A stretch of DNA of 64,000 nt from an uncultured Pseudomonadota bacterium (GTDB taxonomy: Bacteria > Myxococcota_A > Polyangia > Fen-1088). The position numbers and the translations under genes were made by a program. The notes beneath the pieces were generated by a model, which ran no database searches, was not told the DNA's origin, and was given only the letters and a program-made list of their open reading frames with translations. Each line of letters starts with the position of its first letter. Positions within the stretch are counted from its first letter, which is position 1. Location: positions 3,332 through 67,331 of the forward strand of contig CAWFVU010000010.1 in the NCBI GenBank assembly GCA_963819375.1. Reading direction: 5' to 3'. This document shows positions 35,222 through 46,703 of the stretch, piece after piece.

Positions 35222-37132
35222 TCAAACTTGGCCATCGCCGGCGTTCGGTGAAGAGGGGCCTTGGCGCACCAGCTCCAGCAAGGCGTCGCCGTACAGCTCG
35301 AGCTTCTTCGGTCCGATGCCGGAGATGCCGAGCAGCGCGTCAGGCGAGCTCGGCCGCTCCTCGGCGATCCGCATCAGGGTCGCGTCGCTGAACACGACGT
35401 AGGCCGGAACGCTGCGCGCGATCGCCAGGGATCTGCGCAGCGTCCTCAGCCGATCGAACAGCTCGGCGGTCTCCACGGTCAGCTCCTCGGGCGCGCGCGA
35501 CGGCCTCTCGGTCGGGCTGGGCGCCGGGCGCTTGGGGGCCCGGCGGGCCGTCCGCGCGGCAGCCAGCGGATCCAAGCCGGCGCAGCTGTCGCACGACTCC
35601 CCACAGCGCTCGATCTGCTCGCCGAGGTGGCGGACCACCAGCCGGTGGCGGCAGTCGCGCGCCGAGGCGAAGGCGAACATCTCGCGGATCTGCTCGCGCT
35701 GGCGGGCGAGCGCGGCCGGATCCACGTCATCGCCGGGCCGCTCGCCGAACCGATCGAACGCCATCACGTCGGCCCAGGAATAAAACAGGATGCAGTCGCT
35801 CGGCATCCCGTCGCGGCCGGCGCGGCCGATCTCCTGGTAGTAGCTCTCCATCGAGCGCGGCATGTCCCGGTGGATCACGTAGCGGACGTTCGACTTGTCG
35901 ATCCCCATCCCGAACGCCACGGTCGCCACGACCACGTCGACCTCGTCGCGCGAAAAGGCATCCTGGACCCGTGTCCGCTCGGCCGGATCCAGCCCGGCGT
36001 GATAGGCGGCGGCCGCGATGCCGCTGTCCCGCAGGTGCTCGGCCAGAGACTCACAGGCCTTACGTGAGAGCGCGTAGACGATCCCGCTCTGCCCCCGCCG
36101 CGCATGAATCAGGCTGGTGATCGCCGATCGGACGCCCTTCGTACCGGCGCTGGCTGCTCCGTCGTGCTCGCCCTTGCGGTACATCGAGATGTGCAGGTTT
36201 GGGCGGAAGAAGCGGCCGCGGAAGCAGGCCGGATCGATCATCGCCAGCTGCCCGATGATGTCGGTGGTGACGGCTGGCGTGGCGGTGGCGGTCAGCGCCA
36301 GCATCGGGACGCCGCCGAACTTGCGCTTGAGGCCGGTGAGGTTGCGGTAGGCGGGCCGGAAGTCGTGGCCCCACTGGCTGATGCAATGCGCCTCGTCGAC
36401 GGCGATGAGACGCAGGTCGAGGCCGCCGAGGACGCGCCCCACGGAGGCTTCAATCCCCTCGGGCGCCGCATAGCAGAGCTCGTACTCGCCCGCGCAGAGC
36501 GCCCGGACCCGCCGCTGGCGCTCTTCGGATGGCAGCGACGCCGAAAGGTAGGTCGCGCGCAACCCGACCTCGGTCATCGCGTCGACCTGGTCCTTCATGA
36601 GCGCGATGAGCGGCGAGACCACCAGCGTGATCCCCCCCAGGACCCGCGCCGGTATTTGATAGGTGAGCGACTTCCCTGCGCCGGTCGGCATCACCCCCAC
36701 GCAGTCCCGGCCCGCGAGCAGCGTCTCGATGATCTCCAGCTGACCGGCCCGGAATGACGGGTAGCCGAACACATCGCGCAGGACTTCGAGCGGCGGAGGT
36801 CCGGAAGCCGGCGGGGGTGGCCTTCTCGGGAGCTGTCTGGTGACCTGGCTCGCGATTTGTCTCGTGACTTCTCCTGGAGCCGCCAAGGCGCGTCCGACCT
36901 CCTTCAGCAGGCTGACCGTCGCCGGGCTGAACGCCTCGGGACGCCTCCTGAACGCGCCGCGCAAATCGCTCAGCGTGCCGCCACAGGCCGCCCGCAAGGC
37001 CAGATCCCCCTGGTCGCCGGCGCGCCACCGCTCCGCCAGCGCGCGTGCCGCGGCGTCGATGTCGGCGGCGGTTGTCGCCTCGGACGGACCAGCTTCGCTC
37101 TCGATCTCCATGGGGCCGTTATCGGCACCCAC
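35222..37132 (-). CDS. recQ: ATP-dependent DNA helicase RecQ with HRDC domain and N-terminal extension
   Basis: MPTGAGKSLTYQIP, VDEAHCISQWGHDFRP, ALTATA, ATVAFGMGIDK, QEIGRAGRDG, Zn-binding Cys and HRDC VPAYVVFSDATL. Confidence 0.95.
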   Translation of the reverse strand: MGADNGPMEIESEAGPSEATTAADIDAAARALAERWRAGDQGDLALRAACGGTLSDLRGAFRRRPEAFSPATVSLLKEVGRALAAPGEVTRQIASQVTRQLPRRPPPPASGPPPLEVLRDVFGYPSFRAGQLEIIETLLAGRDCVGVMPTGAGKSLTYQIPARVLGGITLVVSPLIALMKDQVDAMTEVGLRATYLSASLPSEERQRRVRALCAGEYELCYAAPEGIEASVGRVLGGLDLRLIAVDEAHCISQWGHDFRPAYRNLTGLKRKFGGVPMLALTATATPAVTTDIIGQLAMIDPACFRGRFFRPNLHISMYRKGEHDGAASAGTKGVRSAITSLIHARRGQSGIVYALSRKACESLAEHLRDSGIAAAAYHAGLDPAERTRVQDAFSRDEVDVVVATVAFGMGIDKSNVRYVIHRDMPRSMESYYQEIGRAGRDGMPSDCILFYSWADVMAFDRFGERPGDDVDPAALARQREQIREMFAFASARDCRHRLVVRHLGEQIERCGESCDSCAGLDPLAAARTARRAPKRPAPSPTERPSRAPEELTVETAELFDRLRTLRRSLAIARSVPAYVVFSDATLMRIAEERPSSPDALLGISGIGPKKLELYGDALLELVRQGPSSPNAGDGQV

Positions 37133-37197
37133 GTTAACGAAGTGGCTTGTTGCCGTCGAGAGCGCGGTTACGTTTCGTGGAGAAGGGGACGTCGATC

Positions 37198-37617
37198 ATG
37201 GAAGAACTCTTCTTGGCGGGGCGGCTGTTGGCGGGGGGATTTTACCTTTTGAGCGCCTTCCACCACTTCACCGACCTGGAATCGCTGGCCCGATACGCCG
37301 GGTCGATGGGTGTTCCCCTCCCCGCAGTGGCCGTTGCCGTGGCCGGGATCCTGCTCGCCATCGCGGGCGTGACGCTGATCCTCGGCATCTACCCCGACAT
37401 CGGGATCGCGGCGCTGGTCCTGTTCTTCGTCCCGGTCACGGTCGTCATGCACGCCTTCTGGGCCGACCGCGACCCGGCGATGCGTCAGCTCGATCTGGTC
37501 AACTTCGGAAAGAATGCCGCGCTCCTGGGCTCGTCGCTGATGTTCGCCGTGGTCCCACGTCCCTGGGCCTATAGCCTCGAACGCCGGGCGCACCTGCCGG
37601 TCAAAGTCCCCGTCTGA
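37198..37617 (+). CDS. DoxX family membrane protein
   Basis: LAGRLLAGGFYL, VMHAFW, NFGKNAALLG. Confidence 0.88.
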   Translation: MEELFLAGRLLAGGFYLLSAFHHFTDLESLARYAGSMGVPLPAVAVAVAGILLAIAGVTLILGIYPDIGIAALVLFFVPVTVVMHAFWADRDPAMRQLDLVNFGKNAALLGSSLMFAVVPRPWAYSLERRAHLPVKVPV

Positions 37618-37632
37618 CGTTGTCGGCGGTGG

Positions 37633-38481
37633 TCAGGACGACGCCGAGGTGTAAAGGCCGAGGGCGCGGCGCCAGACCCGCCGGGCGATGGCCGCGAAGA
37701 TGAGGCCGCCCGCCAGGGCGCCGAGCGCCGTCTTCCCGTCGAGCTTGCCCAGCAGCGCCATCGCGGGATAGGTCGTGAGAAGCGCGATCGGGAAGACGAA
37801 GGTGAAGACGATCCGCAGCGCCCCCCGGAAGACGGTGATGGGCCAGCGGGCGGCGTCGAACAGGGATCCGAACAGGTAAGAGAGGTTGTCGACCTTCACC
37901 ACCCAGAACGACGCGCTCACCACCAGGATCCAGAACGAGTAGAGGATCACCACAGCCAGCGCCAAGAAGGCGAGGCCGGCCCCCACCTCCAGCGCGCGCG
38001 GCCAGCGGCCGAGCTTGGCGAAGGCGTAGCAGAAGATCGCCAGCGCGCCGAACACGTCGACCACGTGCCACGGCTCGATCTTGGCGGTCGAGACCAGGAA
38101 CTGCGCGTCGGCCGGCTTGAGCAGGAAGAAGTCGAGCGTGCCATGGCGGACATGCTCGACCACGGCCGTGAGGCTGGGGCTGACCGCCCCTTCCAGCACC
38201 GCGTGCAGCAGCGTGAACCAGCCGACGACCACCAGCGATTCGGGGAACGACCAGCCGGCGACGGTCTTGCGCACGCCGAAGACGACCAGGAGCGGCACCA
38301 GGGTCACCGCCATCCAGAGGATCGCGATGAGGCCGCGCACCACGAAGTCGGTGCGGTACTGCATGGCCGTGAGCGCCGAGATCGCCAGCTGCACGCGGAA
38401 GAGGCCCGTATAGCGGCGCAGAAGCGCGACCGGGCCTAGGGGCGGACGAGCGAGGGCGGCGTCGACGGGCACGTCATCCAC
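37633..38481 (-). CDS. ABC-2 type transporter permease
   Basis: MQYRTDF, GWSFPE, VRHGTLDFFLLKP; six TM helices. Confidence 0.9.
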   Translation of the reverse strand: MDDVPVDAALARPPLGPVALLRRYTGLFRVQLAISALTAMQYRTDFVVRGLIAILWMAVTLVPLLVVFGVRKTVAGWSFPESLVVVGWFTLLHAVLEGAVSPSLTAVVEHVRHGTLDFFLLKPADAQFLVSTAKIEPWHVVDVFGALAIFCYAFAKLGRWPRALEVGAGLAFLALAVVILYSFWILVVSASFWVVKVDNLSYLFGSLFDAARWPITVFRGALRIVFTFVFPIALLTTYPAMALLGKLDGKTALGALAGGLIFAAIARRVWRRALGLYTSASS

Positions 38482-39322
38482 CGTAGGCCGAGAAGGTCTT
38501 CAGGCCCACCCGCCAGACCCAGAGCGCCGCCAGGCCGAAGAGCGCCACGTAACCCCACTGGGCGGCGAGCGCCAGGAGGGCGTCGTGCCGTCCCAGGAGC
38601 CCGACCAGCGTCTCCACCGGAAACCCGAGCATGAACCGGAACGGCAGGACGTTGGCGGCGCCGCGCACCCAGTGTGGCAGCGCCTCCAGCGGGACCAGAT
38701 AGCCCGAGAAGATGGCGTGCACGCCAAGCCAGAGCTCGAAGATCCCCAGAGCGCTCTCGGCGAAGAAGGCCAGCGAGCCCATCAACACCATCGAGAAGAA
38801 GATCAGCAGCCAGGCGCCCACCAGCGAGGCGAGCAGGATGACCAGCAAGACGGGATCGTGGCGCAGCAGCCGATCCCAGCCGCTATAGACCAAGATGGCG
38901 ACGACCGGCGAGATGACCGCCGCGCGCATGGGCACCGCCGACAGGTGCTCGGCCGCCAGCGCCAGGATCGGGTGGATCGGCCGCAGCAGCTTGGCCGACA
39001 GCGTCCCGTCGCGGATCTCCATCGAGAGCTGCCAGACGGCCCAGTTGCTGGTCAAGAGGCGCACTGCCAGCACCCCCAGGTAGTAGGCGGTGAAGGCGCG
39101 CTGATCGAAGCGGCCGACCGGGCCATCCGCCGCCACCGCGTGCCAGATCGCCAGCATGACGAGCGGCATGTTGGTGGTGAGGATCCAGACCAGAAACTCG
39201 GCGCGGTAGGCGACCACCTCGGAGACGCCGATGCGCAGGAGGGTGGGGAACGCCTTGGCGGCGCGCCCCATCTCGCTGCCGAGCCCGGGGCGCGCCGGGA
39301 CCGGAGGTGCGGCGGCGGTCAT
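38474..39322 (-). CDS. ABC-2 type transporter permease
   Basis: VAYRAEF, EIRDGTLSAKLLRP, FSGYLVPL..LP..LPF. Confidence 0.9.
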   Translation of the reverse strand: MTAAAPPVPARPGLGSEMGRAAKAFPTLLRIGVSEVVAYRAEFLVWILTTNMPLVMLAIWHAVAADGPVGRFDQRAFTAYYLGVLAVRLLTSNWAVWQLSMEIRDGTLSAKLLRPIHPILALAAEHLSAVPMRAAVISPVVAILVYSGWDRLLRHDPVLLVILLASLVGAWLLIFFSMVLMGSLAFFAESALGIFELWLGVHAIFSGYLVPLEALPHWVRGAANVLPFRFMLGFPVETLVGLLGRHDALLALAAQWGYVALFGLAALWVWRVGLKTFSAYGG

Positions 39323-40446
39323 TCGTGCGCGCGCGTCTCGTCGCGCGTCCCCGTCCCGGCCTGCGTCGCCTTCTCCTCGGCCTCTTTGTTCTGCGCCGCC
39401 TTGGGCTGGGCCTCATTGGCCTGTGTCTCCTTGGGCTGGGCCTCTTTGGCTTGCGCCGCCTTGGCCCGGGCGCCGAACAGCTCCCGCATCACCTCCTCGA
39501 GCGGCGCCTCTTCGATCGTGAGGTCGACGATCGGCAGCGCGGCCAGCGCATCGCGCACCACCACCTGCAAGCGCGCGGGGGGGACCGACAGCACGGCGTG
39601 CGCCGCGTCGGCGGAGACGACGGTCCCCAGCTTCTCGAGGTCGGCGCGCTCGACCGCGCGCGAGAGCCGCACCGTGAGGCGCTTGTCGGGCCGCACCCGC
39701 CGCGCCAGCTCCTGCAGGTCGCCGTCGTAGATGAGCCGGCCGTGGTCGATGACCACGACGCGCGGGCAGAGCGCGACCACGTCGTCCATGTAGTGGCTGG
39801 TGAGCAGCACCGCCGCGCCGAACCGCACGTTGTAGTCGCGGATGAAGTCGCGCATCTTGGCCTGCATCGAGACGTCGAGCCCGATGGTCGGCTCGTCGAG
39901 AAAGAGAACGCGCGGCCGGTGGAGCAGCGCCGCCACCAGCTCGCACTTCATCCGCTCGCCCAGCGACAGCTGGCGGGTCGGCTTGTTGACGAGGTCCCCG
40001 ATCTCCAGCAGCTCGACCAGCGCGCGCACCGTCTCGTCGGCCTGGGCGCGCGGGATGTCGTAGATGGCGCGGTTCATCGCGTAGGTCTCCGACGGCGGCA
40101 GGTCCCAGAGGAGCTGCTGCTTTTGCCCCATCACCAGCGTGATGAGCTGCAGGAAGCGGGGGTCGCGATCCTGGGGGACGTACGACCCGACCCGGACGGC
40201 GCCCGACGTCGGGTGGAGGAGGCCGGCCAGCACCTTGAGCGTGGTCGTCTTCCCCGCGCCGTTCGGGCCCAGAAAGCCGACCCGCTCTCCCTCGCCGATC
40301 TGGAACGACAGATCCTCGACGGCCTTGACCAGCTCGTATTTCCTGCTGAGCACCGATCGCAGCGCGGCGCCCAGGCCAGGGGGGCGCTTGTGGACCCGGT
40401 AGCTCTTCGAGAGGTTGCGGACGTCTATCAGAGGATCAGGAGGCAT
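39319..40446 (-). CDS. ABC transporter ATP-binding protein with low-complexity C-tail
   Basis: GPNGAGKTT, LSLGERMK, FLDEPT, TSHYM. Tail AKAAQAKEAQPKETQANEAQPKAAQ. Confidence 0.95.
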   Translation of the reverse strand: MPPDPLIDVRNLSKSYRVHKRPPGLGAALRSVLSRKYELVKAVEDLSFQIGEGERVGFLGPNGAGKTTTLKVLAGLLHPTSGAVRVGSYVPQDRDPRFLQLITLVMGQKQQLLWDLPPSETYAMNRAIYDIPRAQADETVRALVELLEIGDLVNKPTRQLSLGERMKCELVAALLHRPRVLFLDEPTIGLDVSMQAKMRDFIRDYNVRFGAAVLLTSHYMDDVVALCPRVVVIDHGRLIYDGDLQELARRVRPDKRLTVRLSRAVERADLEKLGTVVSADAAHAVLSVPPARLQVVVRDALAALPIVDLTIEEAPLEEVMRELFGARAKAAQAKEAQPKETQANEAQPKAAQNKEAEEKATQAGTGTRDETRAHE

Positions 40447-40669
40447 GAGGTGAGTTTGGGAGGTGGCTCAGGCTGACCTTGCACGGCCTGGACGGGGTGG
40501 GGAGGGCTCAATCGTACACAAGTAACCCGACCCAGAGCAGAGTTACGCCGATGTAACCGGATCAGGGAGCTTGTAGCGGCGCGGCGTGATCGCCGACCGG
40601 GTCGTCGGGGGTGGTTTCATTCTTGCTCAATTCACCATCGTGACGAATATCGATGTGGGAAGCGGGGAG

Positions 40670-41074
40670 GTGGGCAAGCGGCGGGACACAATCTTGATCG
40701 TCGACGACGATCGAGACGCGCGCGAGCTCATCGGTCAGGTGCTGGCTGAGGCGGGCTACCTGGTCGAGGAGGCTGCAGACGGCTTCGAGGCGATGGCCAA
40801 GTTGCCGCGGGCGCTCCCGGACCTGGTATTGACCGACCTACGGATGCCCGGCATGCATGGGGTCGATCTGGCGCAGCGGATCCGGCGCGAGAGCGACGTG
40901 CCGGTGGTGCTCACCACGGGAAACGAGACCTTCGATCTCTGCACCTCCTCGGAGGCGTACGGCGCGGTCGCTTGCCTGATGAAACCGATCAATCTGGACG
41001 AGCTGCTCTGGACCATCGACTGCGCGCTGGCCTGCCGCCGCGTCGCCACCGGGACGAGGTCGCTGCTCGCCTAG
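40670..41074 (+). CDS. Single-domain response regulator
   Basis: ILIVDDD, LVLTDLRMPGMHG, VLTTG, LMKP. Start uncertain (40586/40640/40670). Confidence 0.9.
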   Translation: MGKRRDTILIVDDDRDARELIGQVLAEAGYLVEEAADGFEAMAKLPRALPDLVLTDLRMPGMHGVDLAQRIRRESDVPVVLTTGNETFDLCTSSEAYGAVACLMKPINLDELLWTIDCALACRRVATGTRSLLA

Positions 41075-41553
41075 CGCGACTTGGCGTCCTTTTTAGGGAC
41101 GATGAGGACGGGACAGGCGGCGTGCTGGACGACGCGCCCCGTGTTGCTGCCCAGGATGGCGTGGGCGAGGCCGCTGCGGCCGTGGGTTCCCATGATGATG
41201 AGGTCCGCGGCCGTCGCCCGGGCGCGCTCCACGATCTCCTGATCCGTGCGCCCGACCAGCGACGCGCTCTCGCAGGCGACGCCCGCCTCGCGCACCCGCG
41301 CCTCCTCGGCGGCGAGCCCCTCGGCCGCGCGCTCGAGGGCCGGACCGATGTCGATCGGCAGCGAGGCCAGGTCAATCGGCGGCGGCAGCGGGTAGGCGAC
41401 CTCCACCGCGACGTGCACCAGATCGAGCGTGGCGCCGAACATCTGCCCGAACGCGATCGCCGTCTTCAGCGCCTCCTCCGAGGGATCGGAGAAATCGGTC
41501 GGGACCAGGATCCGTTTGAGCGCCTTCAGGTCCACGATCGGCAAGCTATCCAC
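41071..41553 (-). CDS. Universal stress protein
   Basis: ILVPTDFS and ADLIIMGTHGRSG..ILGSNTGRVVQHAACPVLIV. Confidence 0.95.
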   Translation of the reverse strand: MDSLPIVDLKALKRILVPTDFSDPSEEALKTAIAFGQMFGATLDLVHVAVEVAYPLPPPIDLASLPIDIGPALERAAEGLAAEEARVREAGVACESASLVGRTDQEIVERARATAADLIIMGTHGRSGLAHAILGSNTGRVVQHAACPVLIVPKKDAKSR

Positions 41554-41621
41554 GGATCGGCTGGCCGCAAACCTCGACCGTGGCGCTTGACCTTACGGCG
41601 CGGCGCTGGCAGGAAGGCGCG

Positions 41622-42820
41622 ATGTCCAAGAAGGTCATCGCCGAGCGTATACGGGGGTTCATCTGCCTCAACGCCCACCCGGCCGGTTGTGCCGCCAACG
41701 TCGACGCCGAGATCGCGGTCGCCCAGCGGGGGGCCCCCGGCACCGGTCTGGGGGCCGCGCTGGTGATCGGCGGCAGCACTGGCTACGGCCTCTCCACGCT
41801 GTTGAGCGCGATGTTCGGCTACGGCGCGCAGGGGACGGCGGTCTGTCTGGAGCGGCCGCCCCAGGGCGAGAAGACTGCGTCGGCCGGCTGGTACAACCTG
41901 GCGGCGGCCCAGCGCCGCGCACGCGACGCCGGCCGCGAGCTCGCGGTCGTCAACGGCGATGCCTTCAGCCGCGAGATCAAGGACCAGACGATCGCGCGTC
42001 TCAAACAGGCCGGGCGCAAGCTCGACCTCGTCGTCTACAGCCTGGCGGCGCCGAAGCGTGTCGATCCGACCGACGGCGTGAGTTACAGCTCGGTCTTGAA
42101 GCCGCTCGGCGAGCCGTTCCGCAGCAAGAGCATCAACCTCGGAAACGAACAGGTGGTGACGGTGGAGATCGCGCCCGCCTCGGAGGCCGAGGTGGAGGCG
42201 ACCCGCAAGGTCATGGGGGGCGAAGATTTTGCCGCCTGGGTGGGCGCGCTGGCGGACGCCGATCTGCTGGCCCCCGGCTGCCGCGCCGTCGCCTACAGCT
42301 ACATCGGACCGGCGCTGACGTTCCCCATCTATCGTTCGGGGACGATCGGGCGGGCCAAGGAAGATCTGGAAAAGACGACCGCGGAGCTCTCGGCGCGGCT
42401 CGCGGCGCGGGTGGGCGGCGCCGCCTACGTGAGCGTCAACAAGGCGCTGGTCACGCAGGCCTCGTCGGCGATCCCGGTCGTCCCGCTCTACATCAGCCTG
42501 CTCTACAAGGTCATGAAGGCGGCGGGGACGCACGAGGGGACCGCCGAGCAGATGGCGCGCCTCTTCCGCGATCACCTGGGGCCTGGCCGGCAGCCCCGCA
42601 CCGATGGCGAAGGGCGCATCCGCCTCGACGATCTCGAGCTCGCGCCCGACATCCAGGCGCAGGTGACGGCGCTCTGGGAGCAGGTGACGACGGAGAACCT
42701 TTCGGCGCTGTCCGACTACGCCGGGTTCCGGACCGACTTCCGCAAGCTGTTCGGTTTCGAGGTCCCCGGCGTCGACTACGCGCAGCCCATCGAGACCGAA
42801 ATTCCGAATCTCGGCGTAGC
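41622..42820 (+). CDS. fabV: Enoyl-ACP/trans-2-enoyl-CoA reductase FabV (true stop probably near 42820; the called ORF runs to 43046)
   Basis: GFICLNAHPAGC, GGSTGYG, NGDAFS, VYSLAAP, KVMGGED, YSYIGP, GTIGRAK, LFGFEVPGVDY. Confidence 0.93.
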
Positions 42821-42831
42821 CGCCGACGGGG

Positions 42832-44511
<1,680 letters not shown>

Positions 44512-44715
44512 GGGCGACAACTATAGACCTGTTTGGCCCATTGCGAAAAGACCGCAGCGACGGTGATTTCGCCTTCGATGTAGGGTGATCGAGCGTTGAT
44601 GTAGGGGATGCAACTCCTAGTATGCAAAGGGGTGTTGTCCCGGCGGGGAAGGGCGCGCTATAAGCTCTCCGCCGTCGCCGGTACGTTCCTTCGCCCTGCC
44701 GACCGAGGAGATTTC

Positions 44716-45042
44716 ATGACCCGCTCCATCGCCAAGCTCTCTGTCGCTCTTTTTCTGTTCGCCGCCAGCGCCATCGGCGCAGCGGGCGCCGTCCGAGCCG
44801 ATGACGGGAAAGACGGCAAGTGCACCATCGCCACCAAGCCCGACAGCCCGACCGGGAAGGCTTGCGCCAAGGGGGGCCGCGCCGAGGCGAAGAAGGTGAT
44901 GAAGGAGATGGTGAAGGTGGCCAAGGCGAACGGACAAAAGTTCACCTGCGACGGTTGCCACAAGGACCTCGACAATTACGCTCTGACCCAGAACGCCACT
45001 GAAGAGTACAAAAAGCTCGAAGCGGCCCAGACCAAGAAGTAA
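44716..45042 (+). CDS. Small secreted monoheme c-type cytochrome-like protein
   Basis: GAGGAG RBS, signal peptide ending AVRA, CDGCH heme motif, MKEM upstream and an extra Cys pair. Confidence 0.75.
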   Translation: MTRSIAKLSVALFLFAASAIGAAGAVRADDGKDGKCTIATKPDSPTGKACAKGGRAEAKKVMKEMVKVAKANGQKFTCDGCHKDLDNYALTQNATEEYKKLEAAQTKK

Positions 45043-45095
45043 AGGACCGTCCGGCGCCGTCTCCAGGCGGCGCCGCGCCGACGAACGAAGAAACG

Positions 45096-46690
45096 ATGAA
45101 AACCGTCACTGAATTCTCCGGGATCTTGCTTCGCGAAGCAGCGCAGGTGCGGCGTACGCACCGACCGGCGCCGCCGCCGAAGCCGGCGGCTGAACCCGTC
45201 GCGTCCGAGGGGGCGGAGATCGAAGCAGCGATCGAAGCCACGCCTGTCGCGGAGGCGGCCGGCGCGGAGCCGGGATTCGAGTCGGCGATCGCGGCTGCCG
45301 CTGAAGGCGCGGACGCTTCGACGGCGCCAGAGGGCGGGGAGCCTGCGAGCGAAGCAGCGCCTGCCGAGGCGAGTGCACCCACGGCGGAGGCGCCCGTCGA
45401 GGCGAGCGCGCCTGGCGAGGAGGCCGCTGTCGAGGCGAGCGCTTCGGCCGAGGAGACGCCCGCCGCCACGGAGGGTGAGCAGGGCGCGGCGAGCGACGGC
45501 GAAGCAAGCAACGGCGAAGCAAGCAATGGCGAAGCGACCGCGCAATCGGCGGACGCGGCGGCGGGTACGCCTGCGGAGCCTGCCCCGGATCCGGGCGCTG
45601 CGCTGGCGGCCGCCGAGATCGAGGAGAAGCTCGGGATCAAAGAAGATCGCCTGGCGCGTCTGATGGAGGCGCTCGAGGTGATCCGCGACCGCGCCGACAA
45701 CGTTCGGCTGATCCGCGTGATGAGCGGCGAAGATCCCCCGCCCGGCGCGAAGAAGCAGGGCGACTTCTATTACCTCGTCGACCTCATGCCGCGCGCCGAG
45801 CCCCGGCGCAACGACCGCGGGCGCGGCGGTCCCGGACGGCACGATCGCGGCGGTGGCGGCGGTGGCGGGAAGCCGGGCGGCGGCTCCGGTGGAATCGGCG
45901 GAGCCCATGGTCCCGGCGGCAACAAGCCGGGCCGCTTCGAGTTCGGCTCGGGCCGCGACCGAGATCGCGATCAGGGCGTCCCCGGCGGGAGCCCGGTGGC
46001 GGGTCCCGGCTGGATGGTGACCCGCGCGCCCGGCGGTGGTCCTGGTGATGGACGCCGCGATCACCGGCGTACTGCCGGCGGTCCTCCGCCGGCGGCGGAC
46101 GTGGCCCGCGCGGCCCCGGCGGCTTCGGCGGTGGACCTGGCGGTGGCGGCGGCCCGGGCGGCGGACGTGGACCGCGCGGTCCCGGCGGCGGCCCCGGTGG
46201 CGGCGGTCCTCGCGGCCCTGGTGGCTTTGGCGGCGGCCCTGGCGGCGGTGGTCCTCGCGGCCCTGGTGGTTTCGGCGCTGCTCCTGGCGGCGGTCCCGGT
46301 GGCGGCGGTCCTCGCGGCCCTGGCGGCTTTGGCGGCGGCCCTGGCGGTGGCGGTCCCGGCGGTGGTCGCGGTCCGGGCGGTGGTCGCGGTCCCGGGGGCG
46401 GCGGTGGTGGTGGCCGTGGTCCCGGCGGCGGCGGCGGTCGCGGTCCTGGTGGCGGCGGCGGTGGCCGTGGTCCCGGTTTCGCGCGCGGCAACAATCAAGG
46501 TGGTCCGGGTGGTCCGCGCGGTGGCGCGCCCAATCGGGACGCCAAGGGCTGGCCGATCGCCGACACCAGCGCGATCGATCCCGATCGTGGCGCTCCGGCG
46601 CCCGTGAAGGTGCCGGCGGCTCCCGCCAACCCGGCGCCCGAAGCGGCGCCGCCCGAGTCCTCGACGCCCGACTCGTCCAAGTCGTCGTAG
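45096..46690 (+). CDS. Low-complexity protein: acidic Ala/Glu tract, small folded core, RGG/GPRG-rich tail (frameshift near 46088)
   Basis: From 46091 the alternative frame reads GGGRGPRGPGGFGGGPGG... without stops to TAG 46690. The Val/Ala-rich tail in the ORF track is the shifted frame. Confidence 0.75.
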
Positions 46691-46703
46691 TATCGTCGGC
46701 GCG

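Noticed and set aside
39370-39470. Pentapeptide-periodic tail on the ABC ATPase, and the NEQD duplication near 34950
   Set aside because: Short slippage-type expansions in disordered regions with no sign of a distinct function.
46091-46607. Very hydrophobic Val/Ala/Leu C-terminus in the ORF track and the Pro-rich antisense ORF 45784-46494
   Set aside because: Both are alternative readings of a GGC/GGT-rich Gly repeat. The Gly/Arg frame continues the composition before the indel.
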